From positions 87,234,001-87,298,000 of the forward strand of contig CM060731.1 of the NCBI GenBank assembly GCA_030704615.1: a DNA stretch of 64,000 nt, written 5' to 3'. The stretch comes from Takakia lepidozioides. Its lineage: Eukaryota; Plantae; Bryophyta. A model generated the notes under the pieces. That model was not told where the DNA came from. It did no database searches and was given only the letters and a program-made list of their open reading frames with translations. A program made the position numbers and the translations under genes. This document shows, one piece after another, positions 36,640-49,062 of the stretch (positions are counted from its first letter, which is position 1; every line of letters begins with the position of its first letter).

Positions 36640-38600
36640 AGCAGCACACTAGCTGCCGTAGCCTTGGCAGCACTAGGTAGTGGTGTTGCATGTGTAACTC
36701 TCCCCAATGGCACAGTAACCTCCGCCTCGGTAGCAGTCGGGCGAGAACTAGGTGCCATGGATGGCGTCGACACTGTCTCCGCCAATGCGAATGATTGAGG
36801 CAGCCTAGCCTGACAGCTCGCCTCCCCATGCTGTGGATCCAACTCCACCTCCACACCTCGTGGCTCAGGAACTCGTGCTGCTCTTCGAGTCACGGCTGCA
36901 TCAGACTCCACCTGCACTAGTGGTAGAGCTGCCCCGCACATGAATCCCATGCCTCCCATATCTCCTCCCTCAGGAGCAAGAGGTGGACCCTCAAGCCTTG
37001 GAGCTGGTACCACCTGAGCTGTGGCCATGGCAGCAAGCCTCTGCTCCAACTGCTGAAGCCGGTTGGCCATGCCTTGGTCAACACCCTGACCTCCACGTCC
37101 CTGGCCATGCTGAACTTGTCATTGGCCTACACCTCATGCCTGACCACCATGTCCTCTCTAAGCTGCTCCACCTCGCCCCCGGCCACCATTGTTTCGTTGG
37201 AACTGGCCTGGCCGCAGCTCAGGGTGCAAGTCATAACATTGGGCCTCTCCATGCCCATACTTGCCACAATGCCCACACTGCAACTGTGCAGGCTGTACCT
37301 GGGCCAACCCTTTGCTATTCTCTGGGCAATCCTTCTTGACATGGGGTCCTCCACATGTCCAACACACCACATCCGCCTTTTGTTGGCCTGCAAATAAAGG
37401 GAGAGACCCCTGCATCTGAGGTCCTCTCTGTCCTTCCCTGGGCTTCACCTGAGCCCCCTTGTTGCCTTCAGCACGTTGAGGTAGTGGTTGGCTAGGAGCA
37501 CCACTACCCTGTGGTGTCTCCTTAGCAAATCCCACCATGACCACTCGTTCCTCCACCATGTTGAGCTCTATCCGCTCTGCCAGCAAAAACACGTTTGCTA
37601 AGGTGGGTTGGGCCACTTGTAGGAGAGTTCCATCCCGCACCCTTCTCCTCAGCTCCTTGTCCGATATCCCATACCAAAATTGGACTGCCTGAGCTTCCGT
37701 AATCCCTTGGGTTACATTTATCAAGCGCCTCATGCGAGTGAAAGCCTCCCTCAAGCTCTCAGTAGGCTTCCGTTGGAACTCTTGCAAACTCCGCAACTTC
37801 TCTGTCCTCACCCCTTGGTAGTTCCCTCTCAACTCTTTGAAGAACTCCACAACAGGGTTGAAGGCAAGCACGGGTACTAGTGCTGGTGCGGCAATGGCTT
37901 GGGTGGACGTCGTAGCTATGGTACCACTAGTCCCACTGCTGCTTGTTGAAGCTGTCGATGCAGCTGCAGGTGTAGCCACTGCCCTTGTGACTCTAGTGCC
38001 CCTAGTGATGGAGACATAGTCGGGTGACCAGTACATCCTCCACTCCTCGATCTCAACCTCATACCCCCACCAGAACTCATGGTAATCATCCATGGGCGGC
38101 CCCTCAAGGTGCTGAAACAGCCCCTTCCATGCCATGAAAAGCCTGAATAGTTGTGGATTGCGCATTTGCTGCAAGTCGGTGTAACTATCAAACTCTTGAA
38201 TTGAATCATCCAACTCGATGGTGCCCACAGCCCCAGAGTACCTACGTGGCCCCTTGGTAGCTCCATACTTCTCCTCCATTGTGTCCCACAACAATGGCAC
38301 AGGAATAACTTGCACCGTCGGTGTGAATCCTCCTGATTCACAGTCTGAATCAGAACCTTCCTTGGAAGACACAGGAGGTGAAGGTGGCCTAAACCGCACA
38401 CCTCGTCTTGTGTACCCACTAATATCGCTAGTGCTCGTACCGACACTCTCCCCAACAACCTCACATCATGGTTCCAACAATAAACTTTATTTTGAATTTG
38501 AATCACAGTCCTCACTGTGTGAATCACTTTCCTCAACTGGAATAGCGGTTGGTTGTACAAATGTTGCTTGAATGGTAGCCAACATAGCCAGCTCTTCTTT
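36640..38600 (-). pseudogene. Orphan retrotransposon Gag-like ORF with two zinc knuckles (no pol or LTR recognised)
   Basis: ORF 38399-37158: LQEFQRKPTESLREAFTRMRRL, AVQFWYGISDKELRRRV, CWTCGGPHVKKDC, CGHCGKYGHGEAQC. Further coding-like sequence follows at 37070-36640 after stops. Confidence 0.75.
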
Positions 38601-39379
38601 ATTTAGAGCCATGACACCATCTAATGACCTAGACTGATCTGATAAGGTAGACGATGCCCGAAGGCCAAGGTTTTATTTGACCTTGCCGTTTTTGGAAGTT
38701 CCAGATGTAAAAAACCATGAGCGGAATTGTTACTGACGACATATCTTCGCCGCATTACAGGACCGTGCAACGAGAAATCCAGTATACCACAGCAAAAGGA
38801 CGTCGCATACTGGCCTGTATACAGTATTCCACGGTTTTATATGCCTTAACATTGGAATGAAGTTGACCCTTCTGCCGCGATTGTATGATCCCCTCGCACC
38901 AATAGAGTCTGCAGTACTTCAAAATTGTGTCATCTTCGGGTATTCAGCGGGAAAGGTTTGTGACTCAACTGGGAAATGCGGTGCCGCATTACAGCTCGCA
39001 CGTGCGAGATTTCTAGGGGGTTCGTTGTTGGCGACGGTCGGCTCTCTGAAGACTCGGTCCAACTATCTTATTATGGCGAAGGCCGCAACTACCAGTACCT
39101 ACGACGTTACTTGGAAATGCGGCGCCACATTTCCTTGCCGGGGGTCGAATGAGGATTGCAAAGTTTGGGAGAGTAGAAAAACAGGAACCCTCCAACAAAC
39201 AAAAATACAAGCACGTGGAAACAGAAGTGAATGACGTATTATCGATGTTCGAGCAAAACAGGTTACTGGTAGGCAAGACATAAATCGAACCTTTATGTGG
39301 CCAAAGTCAGAGGTACTTGCAGCAGTACAGTTCTACTATAACTGAAACTCCGAAAAGGATGGACACCCGCAAGCCAAGC

Positions 39380-42300
39380 TCACTGGTCCCCTGGATCCAT
39401 ATTCAGAAGAATGTACACCTCTTGGGGGCTCAACCCTGGTGCATGTATGAAGTGATGAGTTGTGGAATTACACCGGAGTCTCTTTAGGTACACGTAGTAC
39501 AGATGCTTGCAAGGGCAGTATGATGCCCCTTTGTTCGCCATGATCTGGAAGTCGGTGCAATTGCAGGTGGGTAATTCTGAAATGGTGATGGTGTACACCT
39601 CATTGTGGACAGCTGAGCCTGCCGTGGCCATCTGATACACAAACCCGAAGCCTGGTGGGGGCACTTTTGTTGAGCTCTGGATTGTACAGTTCATCCAAAG
39701 TGCATTCCCCATCCTTGTCTCGTTCACTTTTGAGGGAGGTCGCCACCTCTTTGGTTTCCCCCAACGGTGTGTAGGATGCTTAGAGTTGTCGCGTCCCATT
39801 ATTCTTGCTCTCACACGGGTTGGTGGTAGAGGCTCTGGAAGCGGAAATGGTTGTCTGGGGACGTCAGTGCGATGCACCATCCGAAATCCTGCGGCAATAA
39901 GGGCGTCGGCCTCAACCTGACTCAGATCGCATCCTGGTTCCACCGGCCATACCGGGGGAGCCTCTGCCATTGTTTGTATGTTGTACTTGGGCTTTCCATA
40001 CACATAAGTCATAATGTCATGCCTGCAGAACCAGAACTGGGTAGATGTCGCCTCCGAAAACTTTGCATGAACAAATCTTCCTGCAAAAGTAGGAGTAGGG
40101 ATAGCCCCATCTGGATTCCTCCTTATCATCTCTAAACAACGTTGTTGTGTATCCACTCGAATTGCGGAACACCTACCTCGAAATGTCGGCCTTGTGCGAG
40201 CAATTCTCCACTGTGACGTAGACACAGTCATCTCCACAATGGCTTGGCCATACTGCATAACAGCAGGCAGAATCTGGGGCAAGCGAGCGGTGGGAATTTC
40301 TTGTACGGAATCCCCGCTTGAAGGCAATGGCGATCTAGAAACTCTTGGGCTTCCACTGCTGGAAGACACATTGTGCGGCAACATGACGGGACCTCGAGGT
40401 GCTGTCCGAATGTTCATGTTGGATCTCCAAGAATCCTCTTCGCACCCGGGTTCCTCTTCAATCCTCCGCCTCACAGGGCGAGTACGGACGTCCCCCTCTA
40501 GGTGTTCACCTCTGCGGTGCAGAGGCGTCCCTTTGATCTTCTCTCACAATGTTGTCGCCCATTTCAGTGGATTCTTCGACCTCGAAGCTGTTCGTACCAA
40601 CAATTCATCCCTGTCCGGCCCAAAGCTCCATTGTTTCCCGCTTAGGAACTTGTAGTATCTGGCTTGCTGCAAGATTGCTTTATCGATGTCCTCTGTTGTG
40701 GCCGCCACTACGTCCACCAGATGTGCGGTAGAAGATGCTCGCCAGGAGGAGTGGACTGATTCTGCCATATTCGTGTTCAGCATGTCCGTGTCGGAATCCA
40801 GGCACCGCTCCTATAAGGATAGAAACAATGGTGAGGGAAAAATGGAAAGGTCCGTAATAGAACGACAATTGCAGGAAAAGTCTAGCATCATACCTCCCGC
40901 ATGTACTGTCCGAACTGTCGATACCGGAAATGCCACCACCCCAATCAGTTGTGCAAGGCTCCCAGATTGGTTGTCTCCACTGCACCTGACGTGTTCCACC
41001 AAGCCTTGATGATAGCAAACTTAACCTCCGCGTCATCAAATGTGGGTGCATCCTTCCACACCGTACAAAGGACACGGTGTTCAGCTTGGAGTGAGCTAGC
41101 AACAAATTTGGTAGTGTAGTGAGATAGACTCTGCATCCAATGGAATCCACAAGATCTCTCTTTCCCCTCCATTGGAACATTGGGGTCCTCACCGTACACA
41201 CGCCGCACCGCTGCCCAGTTGGCCTGAGCGTTGTCTGCCATGAATCCCCTGAAATTGGGCTCTGGCAAACCCGCCCTTGCCATCTGTTCGTTTATGCCCT
41301 CCCACAGATGCATCTCTGACTGTGTGTCCTCCCCTTTCATCTCGCAGATTGCAATCGTCACGAGCCTCTGGAGTGATAGTCATAAACATGCACACCCATG
41401 GTCACCCACTGATGGTTTGTAATTCGCTTGATGTGGTCAAACATCACCCAAGCATTCAACAAGTTTCCAGTTGTCATGCAAGTGACCAAGTTGACTCTAC
41501 TCCCAGGCCCACACGTTGACATTATAAAAATGTAACAATGATCGGATTCGCTGCCTTGCCCTGGAAACCTGCTACCTTGGATGTAGTGATATCCAATCCT
41601 TCGTTTCACCTCCAGGATTGAGTACATGTCCGACCCCCGACCGAACTCTTGTTTGCAAGATACGATGTGATTCCGCACATTTGGACTACAAACATGCGAG
41701 ACGGAATCCAACAGGTCAAGCATCTCCTCTTCGTTCAAGGGCACTCGGTCTGAACCATCTTCAGACATGATTTTGCCAAGAGCAATCTTGTGGGCTGCCT
41801 TGAGCTGAATCTGCTTTGGTCTGGCTCCGCGGCTCAATTTCACCTCCTCTCTTTATGATGTCGTGTGCTTCCTACACAAGCCTCCCGGATGTTGCCTCTC
41901 GCCAAGGAGTGGCAGTGGACCCCAACGTGTTTGCAAGCTCTAGTCAAGTCCGGGAGCAAATGGATTACATAATATTGCTTGGCTCTGCACATGGACATGC
42001 ACGTCGGTGGTTCTTTGCAATGTGCGCACTTGAAAGTACCCACGGAGCTTGGCTGGAGACAATGAATGGATGATGGGTTGTGCCAGTCCAATCCGTCTCG
42101 TTTCTCCGCCCTCCTTTAGAGAGAAAGTGGAAGCAGGCGGGATTGAGGCACCTCAGCTTCCCCGCACAGAGGACGTATCGTACACGAACACCATCAGCAA
42201 TTTTCATGCTACTGGTCTTCTTCACAGACCAGGGGTGTCCATCATGCTTTCGATCCATGTCTGTTAACATCCATGAGGCTTTGTTTGACAAAGTAACAGG

Positions 42301-42648
42301 TGGGAACTCGAAGATCACATTACCATCGACTTCGGGAGGCAGATACGTCACCTTCCTAACTGGAAATTTGGCATAGTCGAGAGCAGCCAGCTCGGAGCGA
42401 GAACCATCGAGGTGATGTTGCCGTAGGAGCTGCACAATGGACCGGGTTGGAGTTATGCTCAAGGGTACATGTGTAGCACCTGCAGAGACGTCCATGTCAG
42501 ATTTGAACGACCGTGTGGAGGACATGGGGACCTCAATGCACTCAACTTCCTCGTCAAAAATGTCGAATACCTCCACACGAGAAGCTATGGAGGGTCTTGA
42601 CGGTCCAGGTCGGGAATGATTATCGTTGCCATACCTCTGTGTTGGCAA
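39380..42648 (-). pseudogene. MULE transposase: N-terminal GCM-like DNA-binding domain, DDE core, C-terminal SWIM zinc finger; frameshifts and stops
   Basis: GCM-like: DGHPWSVKKTSS...VRYVLCAGKLRCLNPAC...CAHC...CKHVGVHCH (~42260-41900). DDE core: WVMFDHIKR (~41440), FMADNAQANW (~41235), CGFHWMQSL (CxxH, ~41140), TNMAESVHSSW (~40760). SWIM: CNCTDF...CKHLYYV (~39570-39495). Intron at about 40810-40890. Confidence 0.85.
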
Positions 42649-43509
42649 TGGCCGCCTGTCGGTTTCCCGACTCCTTTGTGGATGGTGTCGGAAGCGACTG
42701 ATTCGGAAAGGGAATGGGCATTCCCACAGCTCGGTACAAGATGGTGTCTGATGGGGGTACGTGCCACTCCATTCCGCAACCTCCGTCGTTACCTAGCACG
42801 ACAATGGTCTCATCAACCTGTCCAGGAACATCCTTCCTTTCTTCTTCCAAATAAATTGTGCCCGGTTTGAGCTTGAATTTGGAACAAAGGTAAGTTTCAG
42901 TCACTCTGCAAAGTCCTCCCTCGTTTGGGATCCCGGCTCTCCCAAATTGCGGAGGACAACAAACTATAGTGTACGAATTGGGCCATCCATCACCGCACAA
43001 AGTTGGCAAGTGCGAGGTTCACTATAGCGACAGACCAAGGCTCACAGGCACCACGTAATTGGAACTGCGGAGGCCATCCACGATTGGAAGTCGCACATTG
43101 AAGTGGAAAATAATGTTTCAAGAAACATGCCTGAAGGTGGGAGGTGTGATTCCATATCTTGTATGTATAACAATGATGGCCATTTCGGCGACGAAATAAC
43201 ATCTCCTGACAGTTTTTCCTGAGGGTGGATCCAGCAGTATTCTCGGTGCAGACATGAACATTCGCACTGACAAGTGCCAGGACTGTTAGTTAAAACGGTT
43301 AGACAACCAAGTTGTGCTCATTAAGATAGGCCGCAATTGTGTTGTTTCAGAACAATGCATCCCATTGCACATGACGGAACGGGAATGCGGTGCCGCATTC
43401 CACTTCGACATCGTCCTCTCGCTGATTGTGATCGGAAATGCGGCACCGCATTTCTGTCAATGGGAAAACCAACCTAGTGCTGGAATGGAAATGCGGTACC
43501 GCATTTCAG

Positions 43510-46500
43510 TCCACTGACTTCGGCCATATGTCGGGCAAAATATTTTTTGTGTGGGACGGGAATCACCGACGTCTTGCCTGGTGGGAGTACATCAAGCAGA
43601 TTCATGCCAAGCATATTGGCTGGCATTACATGGTGGAGTGTGTCATCCTCAAGGTGAAGGCGACAGACTCCTCCCTGCTCAAGAATGCCATGGCGGACCT
43701 CAACTCGTAAGATTCTCATACCCTCCCATGCACATCCGAAATGCGGTGCCGCATTTCGGTTTCCAATCAGTTTTGTTTCCGTGCTTCAGTGGACTGAATT
43801 GGAGAGTGTGCCTTGCAGGGTCACTGAAAATGCATACGTGCATACCCACATGGCACATATGTTGTACAGGGTGAGGAAAACTGGTCTCACTGACCCGCAC
43901 ATGTTCGCCAAAATGTTGGAGCCCGAGCTCATTCAAAAAGCCGTGGCAAAAACAGACCGGACATGGTATCGCCTCACTATGGATGGAATGGTGGAGGTGA
44001 TATACGAAGTAAGTCGTCCTCCCATTTTCCTCTGCTCATCCTTCCCCAATTTCCAGTCACCTTTCCACATGGATCGAATGTAATGCTTCTGCATGTTGTT
44101 CTTGGCAGTCGAACATCAAGCTGGATTTGGCCCATGCCAAACGCTTCTTCATGGAAAGTGAGGGGCAGTTATAAACATTGCAGTCATTGACCGAGCACTT
44201 GAAGGAAGCCGGGGTCAAGTCCAGAACCAAATACAAGTCAAAGCTTGTGAAGCTGGTGGCCATTGCAGATCCGGCACTTGGAAAGGACTTCATCCCTGAG
44301 ATTGCAAAACATTATTCTCGGGCCATGCAGCCGACAATGCAGTTGGAGAAATTGCATCACCTGTCAACGGCATGTGTGGAGGCGAAAGAGAATGTGAGGT
44401 TTCAATGCACTGAAGTTCCTTCCTAGCAATAGCCATTTTACTTCCTGCTCCTGACATTGGATCGGAAATGGCAGACACGGTGGCTGTCGATCTGGAATGC
44501 ATCGGAGAGTATAAGGACCATGTGGTCTTTTCCACTCGAAGTTTCCGACCCTGCAGTGGATATATGGCTCAACCGCATGACTTGGTGGTTCCAGGTAATT
44601 CAAGGTACTTCCCCCAATTTGCTTTGCTGGCATGAATTCCGTGAACTGCTATGTGACAATGCATGTTGGAAACGCAGGTAATGACGAATGCGAAGGAGCA
44701 AGTCATAATGCATACAAATTTGTTCGGCTTATACATGAAATGGGATGGAACACAGACATTGGAAGACTACGTGACACGTTTCAGATGTGCGTACAAGGAC
44801 AACCTCTTCGCCAGGGAGCTGCAAACAGCAAGAAGGAGCATGGAGTTTACACATCAGGAGGGGGCGGGAAAAGCTGCAATGCGAATTGTATACAGATGAA
44901 GCCTAGCTCCCGTTGTATGCAAAAGCTGGGTTATGAGGTTTGCCTGGGAAATGCGGCACCGCATTCGCACTTTATGTTTTCGGTTGCACTCTGCGAATAC
45001 ATAGGTCATAACTTGTGCTCACGCATGCTGACTGTCTTGTAGGTATATGAAATACGTGCTTCTTAAGACAGGGGCCCTGGCTGAAGAGCCCCCGTTCTTC
45101 ATGGCTTGGACCGTGGCGGGCCCAAGCTGTGTCTACACACCAGAGATGCAGAAACAATGGCATGCCGCGCATTTTGTTGGATGCCCGTGGTACCTGGACA
45201 TGTCTGGTGGACTTATTGACGAATCGGAGAAAGATTTGCACGCGAAAGCGGAGGAGAAGAGAAGGGAAAGACGTGTCCCTGCTAGGCCTGAGTCGGTAAA
45301 TGATGCTGCTACTCTGGAACAATCCAGAAAGGCAGTTGAGATGGCACATAAGACGGTGGATGCAGCTATGCAGGCTCAACAGAAGGGGTCGAAGAAGAGG
45401 ACTCGCCAGCAAGGAGCAGCAGTTGTGACACCCAAGAAGACGAAGAAGCAGAAACAGAAAGAGCGGGAAGAGGGTGACGAAGAGGACTCCAATGGAGACT
45501 TTGCAACTAGCCCACCCCCCGAAACGCAGCCGAAATCCCCTACACCCACCGTTGTCACGAAAGGGACGAGAACAGGCTCAACAAAGAAGGCACTCTTCAA
45601 CCCCCCGGGGGGGCACCTTTTCAAGCCGGTGGAAATAAAGAGGCCGAAAGTGGAGCCAGAAACAGTAGTTCAGTGTATGAATGAGAGTTTCTTGGCGGCT
45701 TTGGATGGACGGGCAGCCAAGTTGGCATACATCAAGACCATGGAGGGTCTGAAGGGCAGAGCACTGAAGAAGGCAGCTGCCAAAGAGCCTTCCAACACCC
45801 CTGGGTTTCTGAAGATGGTCTCGTTCTTTGAGAAGGTGTGTGCAAGGAAGGATTGCAGGAGGGTGGAAAAGCCACCGAGTGGTCTTGCGATACGATCATC
45901 TTGGATATTCCGGATGGAGAGCCCGTGGAAGGACTGCATGCTTTGCCATCTTGGAACAGGTACTCCGAGGACTTTTGGAAAAAAAGATTCGGGCTCGCCC
46001 GCATGGTGTTGGACGACAGAGGCTATGTCGTTGTCTTTGCGAGCAGAGGCAAAAACATGAAGGCAGGAATTGCGAAGTGGACCCGCAAAAGTGTCGTCCC
46101 AATTCTGAAGAAGAAGTGGACGTGCATCAACACATTGGGCCTTCGGTCGGAAGGGAAGAAGGTAATTACCACATTGACAATCGTCCTTTCATTTTGTAAG
46201 TTGTTTTGAAATGCGGTGCCACATTCTAATCGTTCCCCACTGTGTATGCAGACGAAGCAGTTCGATGCATACTGCTTTGTGAAGGAGAACTCGACCGTTG
46301 CTTTCGGAAGGATGGATTGTTGGTTGACCCAAACTGCGACCCCATCGATTACGACGTCCTATTCAACAACGTTCCCACGGAACTCCTCCCTCATAGCCTC
46401 ACTTCAATGGATCCCCTGCGGTATTCACGGACTTGGAGCCCTGCCTTCATCCAGACAATTATGGAGGCTTGCACTGACCTGGAGGGCAGAGTGCTGGACC

Positions 46501-46921
46501 TCATATGTGGAACATGTATGCAGCTTCTGGTACTATGCTGTTCTGCGAATGCTCATTATGTTCAAATTTGCCATTTCTCAAGGGCCATGTTTTAATGAGT
46601 GGATGTCATTCTAACAGGTGCCTCAATGTGGGTTGGGCGGTTTTCCGATTGACACCTCTTTGCCTATGAGGATGACACATCCATCTGGGGGATCCCATCT
46701 GGAAGGGCTTCAACGGAATGTGAAGGCTCCCATCGCAGCCACAGATTCCTCGGAGGACTCGTCGGACTCGGAGGAAGAGACAGTGGACATTGATGCCGAG
46801 AAGAACCCGGAATACGAGTGCAAACATTGTAAGTTTGCAAAGTTTTCTGGGTGATTTTTTGTCACACGCATTTTCGGACTGTGTTTCTCATTGGTCTGGT
46901 GAGTGATTGTTATGTGCAGGA
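43510..46921 (+). pseudogene. Intron-containing cargo gene: ParB-like (DGNHR) N-terminal domain plus beta-class N6/N4 DNA methyltransferase-like domain; degenerate; last exon displaced to 48004-48427
   Basis: FFVWDGNHRRLAW (DGNHR at 43555-43569). CDTIILDIPD at the motif IV position (45904-45915) is followed by ARMVLDDRGYVVVF. SPAFIQTIMEACTDLEGRVLDLICGT spans intron 46516-46617 into CASMWVGRFSD*HLFAYEDD (motifs X, I, II). GT-AG introns at about 43707-43819, 44009-44108, 44395-44473, 44594-44677, 44938-45042, 46162-46250, 46516-46617 and 46851-46919. Confidence 0.75.
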
Positions 46922-47225
46922 TGTCACGGACATAGCCCAAAGGAACTTATCAGGAGTAAATACCAGAAGTTACCAAGTTACCATGTTACCGAAAGTTATC
47001 ATGACTTACCGTGATTTACCATGATCTACCATTACTCACCAAGTTATCGGGAGTTTATCGAATTACTAAGAATAACTTGGGAACTACAACTTCCTTTGGA
47101 GGAAACTTCTCCATCAAGATACCTCATTTGTTTAAGGAAGCTTCTCCATCAAGAAACCTTTGTTTAATCTTGGAAACTTCTCCAGCAAGCAACCTCCATA
47201 GGGGAAGCTTCTTAGGGAAGCTTCT
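46922..47225 (+). repeat. 5' part of the chromovirus 5' LTR, left in its original orientation
   Basis: Starts TGTCACGGAC and is the reverse complement of 48750-49062. It is preceded by CAGGA (46917-46921), one copy of the TSD. Confidence 0.92.
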
Positions 47226-47830
47226 GTCATCGAAATTTCGTATTGGACAATGGAATGCGGCACCGCATTTCCGTCGAAGGGTCTGGAATTGGACAAACAT
47301 CCATATCCAAAATGGAAATGCGGCACCGCATTTCCATGTCCGTCATCAAAATTTCGTATTGGACAATGGAATGCGGCACTGCATTTCCATGTCCGTCATC
47401 AAAATTTCGTATTGGACAATGGAATGCGGCACCGCATTTCCGTCCAACACGATGGAATGCGGTGCCGCATTTCCATCGAAGGGTCTGGAATTGGACAAAC
47501 ATCCATCTCCAAAATGGAAATGTGGTGCCGCATTTCCATGTCCGCCATGGGAATAACGTGTTCGACCTCCAAATGCGGCGCCGCATTTCCATTTACCTCA
47601 ATGGAAGAAGCTGGCCATGGGCAAAACTTCCATGTCGAAAACGAAAATGCGGCACCGTATTTCCGTTCGGCCTCACGATTTCTGATGTCCAAAACAGGAA
47701 ACGGAAAATTGTTTCTGCCCCAGTTATGGAAATGCGGTGCCGCATTCCAAAACGATGTATTTGCAGTTGCCACATTTCCGTTTTTCCGTTCCGACATGGA
47801 AATTCGGCGCCACATTTCCGGTTTTGGGAA
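47226..47830. repeat. Array of 10 copies of the 18-bp palindrome AAATGCGG(T/C)(G/A)CCGCATTT in degenerate tandem units; continues at 54298-54530
   Basis: Copies near 47254, 47315, 47370, 47422, 47455, 47518, 47571, 47646, 47730 and 47800. Flanks recur (AAATTTCGTATTGGACAATGG; GAAGGGTCTGGAATTGGACAAACATCCAT). Confidence 0.9.
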
Positions 47831-48003
47831 GGACGTGGTTTGACAGATGGTGTCGTTTAGAAGTACATGGGAGAAGGGACCTCAACAGCGTGGAGAAATT
47901 CCTTTATATACTTTGGAAGAGAATGTAAATGTACAAAGAGTTAATTAAAATTCTACCAATCTTGAAAATCATCATCACTATCGTCATCATGTCCTTGAGT
48001 GTC

Positions 48004-48427
48004 CTACTCCCCTTCCACCCCCTCATTGCCTTTCTCATGTCCAGCGGACTGCTCGTTGGCCAGGTTTTCAAAAATCCCATCTTCCCCTTGCGGAACTGAC
48101 CATCTCACCTCCGTTGGGTCGTTGTCCTCCCTGTTTGCATCGCTCTCTTCCTCTGAATCACATACATACTTCCGCACCCGTCTACTTGTCTCAGCTGCTA
48201 CCAACTCTTTCCGCATCCTTTTGTCCTCTCTAACCCTCTCCAAAATCAGCTCTACTGTACTGGGATTCACACATCGTCTAATCGTTGTCTTTGCAAGTTT
48301 AGCTGCATAATTAGGAAGGGAGTAGTCTTTCACTGGGCTCTTCATGAAGTCGGTCCTCACAAAGAACGGGACAATCTCCCTGGCAAGAAATGTAGGCTCC
48401 ACTGGTTTCGACCCGGATCTTGGAATC
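48004..48427 (-). pseudogene. Last exon of the ParB/MTase-like cargo gene, now on the minus strand after the inversion
   Basis: Removing the chromovirus and undoing the inversion gives TGTGCAG|GATTCCAAGATCC, an acceptor followed by IPRSGSKPVEPTFLAREIVPFF...GVEGE*. This is in phase with the donor at 46851. Confidence 0.7.
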
Positions 48428-48430
48428 CTG

Positions 48431-49062
48431 TGTCAAGGACGAGAACATGACTGAACACAAACAAGAGATAAGACTAGAGGTACAAGGCTAGACAAGAAGT
48501 CAAGGTCGGCGTGGCCGAATGCACGATGAGTAAATAGGAATCAAGACGATCTTTATAACAATGAACAAGAGTACAAGATATTGGAACACGACTTGAATAC
48601 TGGAATGCTGGAGTACCACATACTGGAAACTGGGCTAGGGTACTGGGAACTGGACTGGAATACTGGGAACTGGAAACAAGAGTAGCTTGAACTGGTGTTG
48701 GCGAGACTGAAGAGTGTCCAGTCTCGCCTCTTATATATACTGGCTACTAAGAAGCTTCCCTAAGAAGCTTCCCCTATGGAGGTTGCTTGCTGGAGAAGTT
48801 TCCAAGATTAAACAAAGGTTTCTTGATGGAGAAGCTTCCTTAAACAAATGAGGTATCTTGATGGAGAAGTTTCCTCCAAAAGAAGCTTCCTAAGTAGTTT
48901 CCCAAGTTACTCTTAGTAAACTCCCGGTAACTTGATAAGTAATGGTAAATCATGGTAGATCATGGTAAATCATGGTAAGTCATGATAACTTTCGATAACA
49001 TGGTAACTTGGTAACTTCTGGTATTTATTCCTGGTAAGTTCCTCTGGGCTATGTCCGTGACA
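48431..49062 (-). repeat. Complete 632-bp 3' LTR of the chromovirus
   Basis: TGTCACGGAC...GTCCTTGACA termini (minus strand), TATATATAA at 48731-48739, adjacent to the PPT. Confidence 0.95.

Noticed and set aside
47226-47830. CRISPR-like array (palindromic repeats with spacers)
   Set aside because: Spacers are themselves repeated and vary widely in length, the repeat also occurs singly in introns, no cas genes are present and the context is eukaryotic.
47227-47928. Overlapping ORFs on both strands with repeated KCGTAFP / MRHRIS / NAAPHF
   Set aside because: These are translations of the palindromic DNA repeat, not proteins. The same applies to the ORFs at 54240-54591.
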